Positions 36,071-49,063 are shown, numbered from the whole stretch's first letter. The stretch: DNA of 62,909 bases, filler included, from Basidiobolus ranarum (GCA_040143965.1; 49 parts of 49 records of this genome joined end to end with filler, not necessarily neighbours in it); one strand, 5' to 3'. Numbers and translations are program-made. The notes: generated by a model from the sequence alone, not told the origin.

Positions 36071-37255
36071 GGACCATTAGTTGTTATTGGTCTTGATATA
36101 TTCACTCAACTTGGCTTCAATATAGGAGGACTACCAGTCTCTTATCCTGGATTCACCAAATCTCTACCGCCTGATTCTGATCACAAACCAGAAGTAATCT
36201 CAGAAACTCCTGAACAAGAAGAATTATCACCTTCCTTCCAAGCATATGCCAACTCTGTCAAAGTAGCCATTCAACCTGCTATTGAGAGAAACCAGAAAAT
36301 CCCAAAGAAGAGCTTTTGCACTATACCAGAGTCTCTTGTTACCTTAGAAACACCACCTGGAGAAACAACTTGGAGAAGACAATATCCAATTCCACATACG
36401 CTACAACCTTTAGTTGATGAAGTAGTACAGAAATGGGCTGATAATGGCATTATCACTCAAGCACCTGTCAACACTACCTTCAACAGCCCTTTGACTTTAG
36501 CACCAAAGAAGGATTCAGAAGGAAATCTTACGCTAAAAAGACCCTGTTTAGATCCAAGACCTCTAAACAAACTACTACAGGATGATAAATTTCCTATCCC
36601 TAGGATCAATGACATCTTTTCCTCACTCTCAGGAGCACAAGTATTTTCTAAATTAGACTTAAAAGATGCTTATCACCGATTTCAGATTCACCCAGATCAC
36701 CAACACAAGACAGCTTTCACATGGAGAAACATGCAATGGATGTTTCAAGGAGCACCCTTTGGACTCAAGACTTTGACCAGCAAGTTTCAAAGAGTTATGA
36801 CTATCATTCTCAAAGATGCTAGCTATGCCTTAGTGTTTGTTGATGATGTTATCATTTTCTCAACTGATAGAGCTGATCATGCAACCCATGTTACTGATAT
36901 TATCAACCGTCTTACTTCTGCTGGACTTATCCTGAATGCTGAAAAATGCAGCTTTGCTCGCCTTAAAATCAACTTACTTGGTTTTATTGTTACTCCTACA
37001 GGCCACCAATTAGATCCTTTCAAGTTAGTCAACATTAAGGATTGGCCTAAGCCCACCACCGCTAAACAACTTCAACACTACCTTGGAGTCTTCAACTATT
37101 TCAGGGAACATATGCCACTTTTCTCAACTCTAAGTGCACCACTTGATTCCTTACGGCATAACCCAAATCTACCCTCAGTTTGGACCAAAGTACATGATCA
37201 AGCCTTTGATTCACTGTGCACCATGCTTCCCCAAGCTCCTACTCTATCTTATCCT
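36071..37255 (+). CDS. Uninterrupted Ty3/gypsy pol segment (protease end, RT, connection) of a distinct family
   Basis: Frame open across the contig: VVIGLD, RRQYPIP, CLDPRPLN, SKLDLKDAYH, APFGL, FVDD, LGVFNYFR. Confidence 0.93.
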
Positions 37256-37355
37256 NNNNNNNNNNNNNNNNNNNNNNNNNNNNNNNNNNNNNNNNNNNNT
37301 TAATTAATTAANNNNNNNNNNNNNNNNNNNNNNNNNNNNNNNNNNNNNNNNNNNN

Positions 37356-37584
37356 CTTCACTTGCACTATTGCTGGAAAGGAACACATCTGGTAAATTGA
37401 TTAATGCTTCATCATTACTTAAGTTAGTTTCTGGCATGTTAATGCCTTCCAAAGTGGATAGTGGATTGCTAGACTGCTCATCAATTAAGTCCTCTGTTCC
37501 TGCTGATTTTTTTCCTTTTGTGCCAGCAGGCTTTGGCTTGGAAGTCAATTTTGACTTAGATTTTGAATGCTTTTTGAATGGCAT
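37356..37584 (-). mobile_element. Accessory ORF (MPFKKHSKSKSK...) of the CACTA-like family, copy 1
   Basis: Near-identical ORF starts at about 42153 and 57258; head-to-head with the transposase in this contig. Confidence 0.7.
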
Positions 37585-37849
37585 TGAAATTTTTGGATAG
37601 TAAACTTGGTGTAATGAAATTGCTTAGAAACAGCTTATAATAAACCAAAATTGCCATCCATTACTGGAAACATCTTGTAAATCCCCTGCTGACTCATCTG
37701 TGACACCATCTTAGATTCAGCTGATGATATTGATGGGCTATACCTAAAATACCACCCTTATGTGGGAGGTGTTCTTTTCTCTACAATATCCTTGCCATGC
37801 CACAACACAAACATTTCAAGAAGCCCTGCTATTATTGTCCCAAATTCAT

Positions 37850-38540
37850 GTGCTATGAATACCAGATGCTTCATAGAAAGAATAATCACAAGCATGGTAA
37901 CTGTACAAAGCCATCAGCTGCACAAAGCTTGGTGTATAACAACAGTAATAAGTGAACTAAATTGACTTTAGTTTTGCCCATTGAGTCCACTGACTGTAGT
38001 TTGCCTCAAAGTTTTGGTAACACTGCCAAAAGTCAAGATATCATGGAGTTACCACAGTTATATGACCAGGATGATGTAGGTCAAAATGCAACTTTGGTCA
38101 AACCAGCAAGTCCAGACAACTTTGAGGACTTGCTGCAAGATGTTGACCTTGGTTATTCCAACACCAATGGTAGTATGTCAGAAGTTGAAGAAGAAGACAA
38201 TGGTTTTGTTATGGACTCTTTGTTATTGGCAAACATTAGTCCACTCATAACACTTACTGCAAAAGAAAGCAGCTTTGATTATTGAGGAGTGGAGAGTTCA
38301 TTCCAATCTTAGTAACTAGGTGTTAATTGGTTTTCTTCCACTTTTTTCACATTTAATTGCAACTGTAGATTGCCACAGACCTGGTACAAGTGGAAAACAC
38401 TTGTCAAATGTATGACTTATAGTCCTTCAGTAATTAAACTACCTTCATGTCCCAATGGTTGTTTAGCTTTCACTGGTGATCTGAAAAACCTGAAGTCATG
38501 TACTGTTTGCACACAATTGGAAATCACTAAATCAGGTAAA
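37850..38540 (+). mobile_element. CACTA/EnSpm-like transposase 5' region
   Basis: Acidic linker, LLANISPLITL, CPNGCLAFTGDL...CTVC. Confidence 0.78.
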
Positions 38541-38640
38541 NNNNNNNNNNNNNNNNNNNNNNNNNNNNNNNNNNNNNNNNNNNNTTAATTAATTAANNNN
38601 NNNNNNNNNNNNNNNNNNNNNNNNNNNNNNNNNNNNNNNN

Positions 38641-38817
38641 CCCATGTATTTCTTGATCAGACCTCAGTCTGATCTATGCCAGTTATCAATAAAGATTCTT
38701 GCCAAAGTATTTTCCTTGTCCAGTCTTGTCTTGTCTTGTGGTCTACACCCAAGTACTCTCCTGCCTTCTAGCCTCTTGTTGTTGTTCCCAGTCCTTGTCC
38801 AGTTCCTTATTGTGACA
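38641..38817 (+). repeat. Gypsy LTR 3' part ending TGTGACA
   Basis: Reverse complement of the 16479 family; contains GATCAGAC-CTCA-GTCTGATC and AATAAA. Confidence 0.85.
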
Positions 38818-39925
38818 ACATCAGACTGAATCTTGAGTTGAATGTTCTTCTTCTGAAGCCACTTTCTGCATACTTGAACAGTATTTTTCCCTTGATACTC
38901 TTGAAAATACTCCTCAAGCACTTTTACTATTTTCATAGATCTTTATAGTGTGACAATACTGAGGGTGCTTTGCAGTGTTTGAGTGGCTTTTTGTTTGCCT
39001 TTAAATATGGCATAAATTCAACAGTTTGAAAAGTATCAGTCATTATTAGAGAGCTGTATGTCTTATTTGCTGGTGTTTTGACTTGTTGAAAGATGCTAGG
39101 TGTTTGATAAACTTCTGAATTGAGCACACTTCCAACTGTTGCACTTGGTTGAATGGTCCAATTAAGCCTTTTTGACATATATCTGCTGATAAATCTACTC
39201 TGAAAGTACAGATCTTTGCAATAGTGTGAAGAATTTGGTAAGAGGGACAGTAGAGCCTAAACTCACTGGCTCTTTTGCTTTTCCCTTTGGCTTACTAACT
39301 TCAAGCTCTTTGTGTAGCTCTTTAGCTGCTTTTCTTTCTTTTCCAAGTCTACAATAGCTGAGATTTCAGAGATGTTACATGAATAGCCCTATACTAGCCT
39401 AATTGCCAATTGCTTGCAAAAACCCAAGATAAACCGCAGGAAATAAGTCAAAAACCTTCAGAGTATTGCCTGATTTTTGGATTTTTCACAAATGGCCCAA
39501 ATTGAGGTGATTTTGGGCAAAATTCTATATAGTTTCCAAAATGTTAAATCATTCATTATCAGACCAGGCAACAGCATCTCTGACATTCAGAGTCTTCTGG
39601 TTAACTGGTCTTTGTATGTTCTTTCTGTTGAAGTTTATTGTCTTTATGTTGTTTTTTATCTCTATCTTTATACACCAAACTATTTCATATATCACATATA
39701 AGTTAGTTAATATTACTTAGTCAAATATCACTTAGCTGAAAATTGGAACATATATTATATATATGTGTGAATAATGTGAGAATTAGCAATTCTGTATTGG
39801 AAATTTCAAACTTGTCCAAATTGCNNNNNNNNNNNNNNNNNNNNNNNNNNNNNNNNNNNNNNNNNNNNTTAATTAATTAANNNNNNNNNNNNNNNNNNNN
39901 NNNNNNNNNNNNNNNNNNNNNNNNT

Positions 39926-40066
39926 GGTGTCTATGCCTCCATGCCCGCTGTCTTGGGAGCTAATGGAGTTGAGCAAATCATGGATATTAAGCTCAATGCT
40001 GCTGAAGAGAAGAAGATGGATATGGCCATTACTGCTATGAAGTCAGTCATTGCCGAGTGCAACTAA
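39926..40066 (+). CDS. C-terminus of an L-lactate/malate dehydrogenase
   Basis: GVYASMPAVLGANGVEQIMDIKLNAAEEKKM...* fits the Ldh C-terminal S.P.VLG.NGVE....L...E pattern; strong codon bias. Confidence 0.85.
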   Translation, partial: GVYASMPAVLGANGVEQIMDIKLNAAEEKKMDMAITAMKSVIAECN

Positions 40067-41208
40067 ACACCTTGTCAAGGATCATGATTGTAATGCTGAT
40101 CACTTGAATTATACATATATATATATCTTTACGAGGATAATTTCGTACATATAAAAATACCCAACGCGCAGAAGTTATAATTATTTAAAATACATTAATG
40201 CTTATGGATTTAATAAAAAATATTTAGCCTACACAGTTCAGAGTTTTTACTTTTACATTAAGATTACTAGGTTTTTGTTTTATTGGAGGGATTCCAACTC
40301 ATACCTTGGTAAGCTACATCCGTTATTCAGCTTAAAAGACCTTGATCATGAATATCTCTAACCCTGAGCATGGTTATATATATACTTTAACTAGATGAGA
40401 TGATGCAAAATGACCAAGCGGATTAGTTTGCACCAGGATATATTACTCAGTAGAACGGTAAAGATTTCAAAGTTTTTCTTGACACCAGCATTACTTATCT
40501 ATCACAAATTCTCAACTCGAAATGAGCTTGGTTGCAAGGTATCAGCAAGATTCTCTGGAATCGATGTGTTTCTTTTGATAGACCCGTCAATTATAGAACT
40601 ATGTGTAACAGTAGTACATAGGGTTAGAAATGTTCAGCTCTCTACGAGAATGGAGATTACAAGTTTTTCTTGACATCCATTATTTAGGAACTGGTTGCAG
40701 TGATAGTTCTGAACATAGTAGGCATATGTAAATATAAAACGGAATTCTGGCCACGTTCGACTAAAACCGGTAACTGTTAATAAAAAATATAGATTTTCCA
40801 ACAGTTTTATTCTTCCTAAATATTTCTCTAGATCTGGATTCACATGAAAAAAACCGCAATTTTGATACCAGTCTTAATCTCTGGCACTCATTAAAAGTAT
40901 ATAATTCAATGAGCATACACTGTCATCTTATGTAAGGCTCCTGCTGCTTTGTAAAGTTGACTCTCCACTCTCTTGTGCAAGGAAAAAAAGGTACACAGTT
41001 GGAGGTACATATTATTCAAGGCGAACGAAAGTGAAATGACATGGTAATGATCAGAAATGTCAAAAAGTATGTTGTTAGTGAATCTCTCAATATTTCTATC
41101 CCTGGAAANNNNNNNNNNNNNNNNNNNNNNNNNNNNNNNNNNNNNNNNNNNNTTAATTAATTAANNNNNNNNNNNNNNNNNNNNNNNNNNNNNNNNNNNN
41201 NNNNNNNN

Positions 41209-42392
41209 TGCCATTTGCTTGCAAAAACCCAGGATAAGCCACATGAAATAAGTCAAGAACCTTCAGAGTAACGCCTGGTTTTTGGTTTTTCCACAATTGA
41301 CTCAAATCCAGGTGATTTCAGGCAAGATTCCACACAGTTTCCAAAATGTTAAACCACTCATCATCAGAGCAGTTGATGGCAGCACTGACATTCAGATTCT
41401 TTTGGTTTGCCGGTTTTCCTATGAGATTTCTACTCCCATGTGCCCAGGCAATTTTAGGTTTTTATGTAGGCTTAATGGTCCAACACATATTCTGCTTTGC
41501 TAGATTGTCATGGTGACATTCATATGTATAGTGTGGGATTGATTGAAATCCTGTATGAGAATGGATGGAGGGAGCAGCAAGCTGCTGTAGCTCAAGTACA
41601 GGATTTGGAAGGTCTTGTATCATTGTTGAGTAAATCTCTAACTGTTGACTAGCTGCTTCCAAACACTGCATTAATTGCTCTATTGTGGTGTTATTGCTTG
41701 GCATGGCATGTATAGCAACTTCATAGTTTTTACTTATGATTGCATACAAATCATTACAGTTGTCTGCCAGTGATTCCCTTGTTGTAATAATTCCATCCCA
41801 ATTTTCAAGAGAGGGTTGTTCAATAGTGGGCTAAGTAGCCATTTTGGAAGTTGATGGTCTTGATGGTTTTTGGTTGAACTTTGCTCAACTATTGATTTAC
41901 TACGTAATTGGGGGATTACAATCTTGTAACTTGCACTATTGCTGGAAAGGAACAAATCTGGTAAATGGATTAATGCTTCGTCATTACTTGAGTTAGTTTC
42001 CCACATGTTAATGCCTTCCAAAGTGGATAGTGGATTGCTAGACTGCTCATCAATTAAGTCCTATGTTCTTGCTGGTTTTTTTCCTCTTGTGCCAGCAGGC
42101 TTTGGCTTGAAAGCTGATTTTGACTTAGATTTTGAATGCTTTTTGAATGGCATTGACATTTTCACAAGGTAAACTTGGAGTCATGAAATGGCTTAGAAAC
42201 AGCTTATAACAAGCCCCAATTGCCATCCATTACCAGAAATATCTTGTAAATCCTCTGATGACTCATCTGTGATACCATCTTAGAATCAGCTGATGATATT
42301 GATGGGCTATACCTAAAATACCACCCTTACATGGGAGGTGTTCTTTTTTCCACAATATCCTTCTCATGCTGCAACACAAATGTTTAAAGAAG
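41209..42392 (-). mobile_element. CACTA-like accessory ORF copy 2 (decayed) and shared upstream region
   Basis: Colinear with 56603-57500 and 37356-37830. Confidence 0.75.
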
Positions 42393-42591
42393 NNNNNNNN
42401 NNNNNNNNNNNNNNNNNNNNNNNNNNNNNNNNNNNNTTAATTAATTAANNNNNNNNNNNNNNNNNNNNNNNNNNNNNNNNNNNNNNNNNNNNCATACTAG
42501 CATTATACAATATAATATATACATATATGATTTAGAGATGTTTTTATTTTACATAGCTTTGAAATAGTACATTAAAAGACTGTTGATCACT

Positions 42592-42882
42592 CTAATTGGA
42601 GTTGGCATCCATGCGAGCATCTCCCTTGGTGGCTCCAACCTTGCCTTCAGCTTGCATCTGTTCGTTACCAATGGCTGAACCAACAGTGTCCTTGACATTG
42701 CCCTTCAGTTTCTCACCAGCACCTTGGGCGTATCCTTGGGCCTGGGCAGCCTTGTATTCGGCATCAGCTTGAGCTTGCTTGGCTGCTCCTTCAGCCTGCA
42801 TTTGTTCATTACCGAGGACACTTCCAGCGGTTTCTTGGACGTAACCAGTAGCATATTTGACGTTAGCGTTGACTTTATCCAT
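42592..42882 (-). CDS. csbD: CsbD-like / LEA-type small stress protein (96 aa), copy 1
   Basis: Two CsbD-type units G.V.ET.G...GNEQMQAEG; CAACATG start context. Confidence 0.88.
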   Translation of the reverse strand: MDKVNANVKYATGYVQETAGSVLGNEQMQAEGAAKQAQADAEYKAAQAQGYAQGAGEKLKGNVKDTVGSAIGNEQMQAEGKVGATKGDARMDANSN

Positions 42883-43285
42883 GTTGGTTGATTGTGGTCG
42901 GGTGAAGATTATTTTTATATACAGGTAAGAACTGCTCCTGCTTTTATATTGTCTTGGTCAATACTGATGACGGAGTTTCAAGATGACGAAGTTCTTTCTA
43001 ACTATAAACTAACAAATTCCTATTTTCATTTATGGTTTTTCGCTGACGTTACTAACTTATGGTCGTATAACTACTTTGGGATGAATACATAATTATGACA
43101 TCAGAAACACAAGCTTATAATATGGAGAATTCAATGACAGTGACTTCAAATTTATTATCCAATATTTGGAATTATTGGCGTAATGAAACTGCTACAAATT
43201 CACTGATTGATCTCAGTATAAATTGAAGTGGATTTGGTATCCAGTTAATCAAAATATTTCCCACTCATACTACAATCAAATCAAC

Positions 43286-43576
43286 ATGGATAAAGTCAAC
43301 GCTAACGTCAAATATGCTACTGGTTACGTCCAAGAAACCGCTGGAAGTGTTCTCGGAAATGAGCAAATGCAGGCTGAAGGAGCAGCCAAACAAGCTCAAG
43401 CTGATGCCGAATACAAGGCTGCCCAGGCCCAAGGATATGCTCAAGGTGCTGGCGAGAAACTGAAGGGTAATGTCAAGGACACTGTTGGCTCAGCTATTGG
43501 TAACGAACAGATGCAAGCTGAAGGCAAGGTAGGAGCCACCAAAGGAGACGCTCGCATGAATGCTAACTCCAATTAG
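43286..43576 (+). CDS. csbD: CsbD-like / LEA-type small stress protein (96 aa), copy 2
   Basis: 95/96 aa identical to copy 1; the true start is the ATG at 43286 by alignment, not the TTG at 43223. Confidence 0.88.
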   Translation: MDKVNANVKYATGYVQETAGSVLGNEQMQAEGAAKQAQADAEYKAAQAQGYAQGAGEKLKGNVKDTVGSAIGNEQMQAEGKVGATKGDARMNANSN

Positions 43577-43775
43577 AGTGATCAACAGTCTTTTAATGTA
43601 CTATTTCAAAGCTATGTAAAATAAAAACATCTCTAAATCATATATGTATATATTATATTGTATAATGCTAGTATGNNNNNNNNNNNNNNNNNNNNNNNNN
43701 NNNNNNNNNNNNNNNNNNNTTAATTAATTAANNNNNNNNNNNNNNNNNNNNNNNNNNNNNNNNNNNNNNNNNNNN

Positions 43776-44690
43776 ATATAGATTTTTTCAAACTTGTGCT
43801 AGAAGCCCCAAATTTTGCACACATGTTCCTGGGACCTTCCTTAACATATTCTACATGTTAGTTTGTTTACATCTTGACAAAACTATAAATGTCAACTTTC
43901 TACTCAATAAATTAATAAGTGAAAACCACCAATTCCTCTAATTCTCCAAACCACTTCCAAAAGGCTCCCAAATACTCTAACAAGAAGATCATAACTAGGT
44001 ATACTTTTTCTATGGTTAAGGAGCCATAACTTGAATAGTAAGAAGCAACCAACCATAGAACTTTCTACTACAGAAGCAAAGTGTATAGCTGCCTCTGCTA
44101 CTACACAAGAAGCAATGTGGTTAAGGAAGTTATTCACAGGCTTAGGTTACATGCAAAAAAGTGCTGTTACTTTATTTGAAGATAGTCTAAGTTGCATTTC
44201 ACTAGCTAAATATAATTGAACTTGTCTATTGCCTTACCGAAGAAATGATTGCTGACACCTCAATCAAATCTTGAGCTAAAGCACAATTGGCATTGTTAAT
44301 ATATAAGCAGGATTTAAGCAAAATAAAAAGTAAGTATTTAACAGGAATGTTGAAATTAGGAATATAGCAACCAATTATTTAGTGGTTAGTTTACTTATAC
44401 TCTGATTATTTATCACTCAATCCTGCCATTCAATAACATGTGCTTATTACTCTAATTGATAGAAATATCAACCAGATCACTATCAGCAATTTTGACTAAT
44501 TTCTCAAAACTTCTCCAAATCACCTCAAATTTTTGCCCATGCGTAACAGGCATGTTTGTTAGGAACTAAGCACATCCAATAGTAAACTATAAATAAGACA
44601 TATGCAATTTAATAAAACCTAAGTGTCTAATTCACAAATCCAAATCTTGTCCAAAACACTTCCAAATCCCCTAAAAACATTTATCAAGCC
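43776..44690 (+). mobile_element. LTR family A end nested in a copia RNase H remnant, followed by a family C 3' LTR from ~44348
   Basis: SKKQPTIELSTTEAKC; TGTTGAAATTAGG LTR start. Confidence 0.8.
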
Positions 44691-45058
44691 CAACCCAGTA
44701 ATCAGCTGGAAGAAGAATATTACCACATTTAAGCAAGTTTATCCTTCTAGTCCATGCTTGCCAACTTGCTAGGTATTCAACTCTTCACCAGCTCAAATCC
44801 TCAAAATATCTATGAACCCAATATCTGCAGACAATGATGCTGAAGAGTTGAAGCCTGCAAAATGTATAGTTCCTAAACTCACACCCAAATACTTAGCCTT
44901 TACATATATCTTTGACAAGAAAAATCTGATACGCTCCTAACTCACTGCCCTAAAGTTTNNNNNNNNNNNNNNNNNNNNNNNNNNNNNNNNNNNNNNNNNN
45001 NNTTAATTAATTAANNNNNNNNNNNNNNNNNNNNNNNNNNNNNNNNNNNNNNNNNNNN

Positions 45059-45689
45059 TCTTCCAAGGCTTTCCATACCTGCTTGGCAGTTTTAGCTCTT
45101 GAACATTGAATTTGCAATTTGTCTTTAACAATAGGACAAATTATGTTAAAGGCACTTTATTCTTTTTTAACCTGGAGTAAAACTTCAGTTTCAAATAGCT
45201 TTGCATTGTCTTCTTCTCCTACAACAGTGTCTCAAAAACCAAACTTGGTAATTGATTCCATTCAATTTTTCACAAGAGGGAAAAGTTCCATAAATTTGAG
45301 AAGTAGACATTACAGAGAGTGCAAGCTGGGGGCTAATAACCTTTTAAAGTATTTGGGAGCCTGTTGGAAGTGGTTTGGAGAATCAGAGAAATTGGTGGTT
45401 TTTGCTTGCTGATTTATTGAGTAGAGAGTTGACTTTTATAGTTTTAAAAAGATGTAGGCAAACCAATATGTAGAATGTATTGAGAAAGGTCCCAGAAACA
45501 TGTGTGCAAAGTTTGGGGCTTCTAGCACAAGCTTAAAGAATCTGAATATCTGAGAACTTCTAAGTTGGTAAAAATATTCAAAGTAAATTCCATTTGAGAA
45601 TAATGGGTAATATCTTAGTGAAATACAAGATAACTAAGTACTAAACTATACCTGACTATATAGGTGTTTATGCAATGTATGTTTCAACA
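45059..45689 (-). mobile_element. Copia family A gag start, PBS (45329-45341) and 5' LTR (45342-45689)
   Basis: Colinear with 9370-10032; PBS GGTTATTAGCCCC. Confidence 0.88.
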
Positions 45690-45742
45690 AATATTAGTAA
45701 TCTCCTTTTGGGAAGAAGGCTCTAATTCACTTGCTGCTGCCA

Positions 45743-46056
45743 TGTTGGAGGATCTTGACATAATGGGGGTAGACTTTGCATATTAGAGGCAACTTATGAT
45801 AGTATTTTTGGATACTTTATTCTTAATAGAATATGTTGACTTATAAAGTAGAGAAGTAAATCAATTGTTTGAGATATTCAGGAGTTTGTGTAATACGATA
45901 TAATTGAAAAGTGGGGGTAATAGGACATACTTGTTATATAGATATAGAGATATTCATATTTAGAATGTAGGGGCTATAGATATATTGCTTTCTGTTTCTA
46001 ATAAATGTGTCATAACTCAAGTTAACTAAGATGTTGAATAATATTAATTATCTACC
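45743..46056 (+). repeat. LTR family D (TGTTGGAGGATC...)
   Basis: 5' part matches about 10117-10223; 3' part matches about 54360-54558, which ends TATCCAACA. Confidence 0.7.
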
Positions 46057-47986
46057 ACTTTCTTAGTGCCTGTACAGTAGAGTTACCAATTCAAAATCAG
46101 AAGTGTTACTTGCAATAGTAATTACAGATATTGCAATATATGAGTAGGCATAGATTTATGAAAGTGATGCCACCAGTCATGCAGATCACTCTTCAGTGTG
46201 AAATGGATTTTATCAAACTAGGTCTATTCATTGCCACTCAANNNNNNNNNNNNNNNNNNNNNNNNNNNNNNNNNNNNNNNNNNNNTTAATTAATTAANNN
46301 NNNNNNNNNNNNNNNNNNNNNNNNNNNNNNNNNNNNNNNNNAAGTTAGCAAATCTATAAAGATAATTAATATTCAAAGATGAGGTTCTTTCCCAAAGTAT
46401 ACCTGCAGTAGTTAATCTACAAATGTTGTGAATTCATTGACAAATTTGTTAATGGTGACAGTCAGTAAATCAGCACTTATAATACCCTCATGAAAGGATC
46501 AAATGAATATCAACTATAAGTGCAAGAGTAAGAAAGTCCATGTTTAAGAAGTTTCCCACCTTAATAACAAAGGAATTGACCAAGGCTAGAAGAGAAACAA
46601 ATGATATATTGGTAGCAAAAATCAACAATCTTTGTCTTCACTCTAGGGAATTTGGGTAGCAAATCCTGAAGAAATGATAGAATGAGGCTTACTGCAAGGC
46701 ACAGTTGTCAAAAATGATGTAATTAAAAAATGGGTCAACATTGCTGAATATCCACTCAAACTATGAATGTAGAGCAAGTATCAGTATTTTATGCCATACC
46801 TCTAGCTGGAAAGAAGGAAGCTTGGTTAAATATTCAGCTTAAAGGCTGGGATGGGTTCTCTCAAAGAGTTCTCTAGAAATGAAAACAATTACATCTTAGT
46901 ATCTGGTGCCCATTACACACTCTTGAGCCATCACTACATTTCTTCATTCTAGCAGTACCTGTGCACAGAACTAAGTAGATTGATCTTTATATATACATCT
47001 CATGTCACATAACCATCTATTCTTAGTATATCATTGCTATCACTATTGAACTCTGAAGCAATGGCAATGATCTTGATTGTAACTTACAATGCTTATTATA
47101 CTTTGCATGTGTTTTGTTACTTCTGTCCTTCCTCACTTTTATAGGTCACTTTGTGTTGATATTTACTCAAGGTTCTATAATACAAGTGTAAATATTTTAC
47201 CTATGTATGTATTATACACAATTCAATGGTACCGAATATGTCAGCTCATGCTGGAAACTATTAGCAAAAGCAATGACATTCTGTATAAATCCTGGATCAT
47301 ACGCTTGTAGCAAGAGGTCATCAGTTGGTCAAATGTTGTTGTATCATAATCGTAAGTTTAATGATTGTATAAAGTTGGTGTAAAGGTTAACACACAAATA
47401 AACCAAAATGAAAGTTGGTTAGTATGTTGATTAATACGCACTAGCAAACAAAAATCTGACCGAAGCAATCCATTTGTTGCCACCAAGTTGCAAGTTACTA
47501 TGCCCATTCTCAGCAAGCCTGATANNNNNNNNNNNNNNNNNNNNNNNNNNNNNNNNNNNNNNNNNNNNTTAATTAATTAANNNNNNNNNNNNNNNNNNNN
47601 NNNNNNNNNNNNNNNNNNNNNNNNCAAGAGGTGTAAGCGCTTATACCATCATACAATATTACAAATTAGTGATGACCTTTATTGTGAGTAATTTGTTATT
47701 AACATTGGCACTGATGATCCTGTCTGCGTGAATAATGTGAACTACATTACTTTACTCATAGTTTTGAATGGTAACACAGTTGGAATTCCAACTTTTGATG
47801 TACTAAATGTATACCAACAAATGAATATATATTCTATTAAATTACACTATTATTGAGAAGGGCAGCATAGGTAAAACCTATTTACCATCACGAAAATATG
47901 ATATATCAAAATAGAAAAAATCATCAATCTATACAGATAGTTAATTCTGAGAGACTGACATGCCACAGATCCTTGACAACTGTTAG

Positions 47987-48333
47987 TGTTGAAATCAGCG
48001 CAGCCTAAACACCTATATAGTTATAAATAGCTTAGTATTTAGTTACTCCATGTTGAATTAATATATCGCCCACTACTCTCAATTGAAATCTACTTGTAAT
48101 ATTTTTACTAACTAAAAGTTCTCAGATATATAGATTTTTTCAAACCTGTCTAAGAAACCCAAACTTTGCGCACATGCTTCTGGGACCACTTGTAGAATAT
48201 TCTACACATTTGCTTACTTGCCTCTTGGCCAAACTATAAATGTCAACTCCCTATCTAATAAATCAAAATGGAAAGCCCACGATTTTTCTAGTTCTCCCAA
48301 CTGCCTCAATCAAACTTCCAAAATGCTTCAACA
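47987..48333 (+). repeat. Older solo LTR family A, TSD GTTAG/GTCAG
   Basis: TGTTGAAATC...TTCAACA with a 4/5 matching TSD. Confidence 0.88.
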
Positions 48334-49063
48334 GTCAGCGGGTAAATCCATGCTGTAGATCTGTGCTGCCAGTTTGATCAAGGGTGATACTGTGCAAACA
48401 AGATATATAATTGTTCTTCACAAATTGCCGCTGATGTCCATGTGTTGTGCATAGTTAAGATAGCTTGTTGCTGGCAAAATTCAACAAATGGCAAATTTAA
48501 AAACCCCCTCCGGTAGCTACAAACAATCCACTCTAATACCTTTACACACTGAGACTATAATACATGTTCTATTCTTACTTTACTAAAGGAGTAGATGTTG
48601 TTGTTGGACAACATATTAAGTGTTGCGATTTGCATTGCCTAAGCATCAATAGAGTCATATCTAGCTTATTGTTCAGTTATCTTGTATTTCTTCAAGATAT
48701 TACCCATTATTCTCTATCAGAATTTATTCTGAATACTTATACAAACTTAGAAGTTGTCAGATATATAGGTTCTTCAAACTTGTGCAAGAAGCCCCAAACT
48801 TTGCACANNNNNNNNNNNNNNNNNNNNNNNNNNNNNNNNNNNNNNNNNNNNTTAATTAATTAANNNNNNNNNNNNNNNNNNNNNNNNNNNNNNNNNNNNN
48901 NNNNNNNAGTTGAGTTGCAATAGGAATCTTTATTATCTTACTATGATACAGGGTAGAATATCTAGTTAAGGAAAGGATAAAGAATATGGTGTAGTTTTGG
49001 ATGGTGCTAAGGCTAGAAGCTTTTTCAATAGGGGGAAGGGTTGCTTATATAAAGAAACAGCTT

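Noticed and set aside
40410-40843. Possible LRR-like remnant on the minus strand
   Set aside because: Only one weak LRR-like phrase and a short repeated word; insufficient evidence.
43223-43285. N-terminal extension of CsbD copy 2 in the ORF track
   Set aside because: Starts at TTG, is absent from copy 1, and the ATG at 43286 has the shared CAACATG context.
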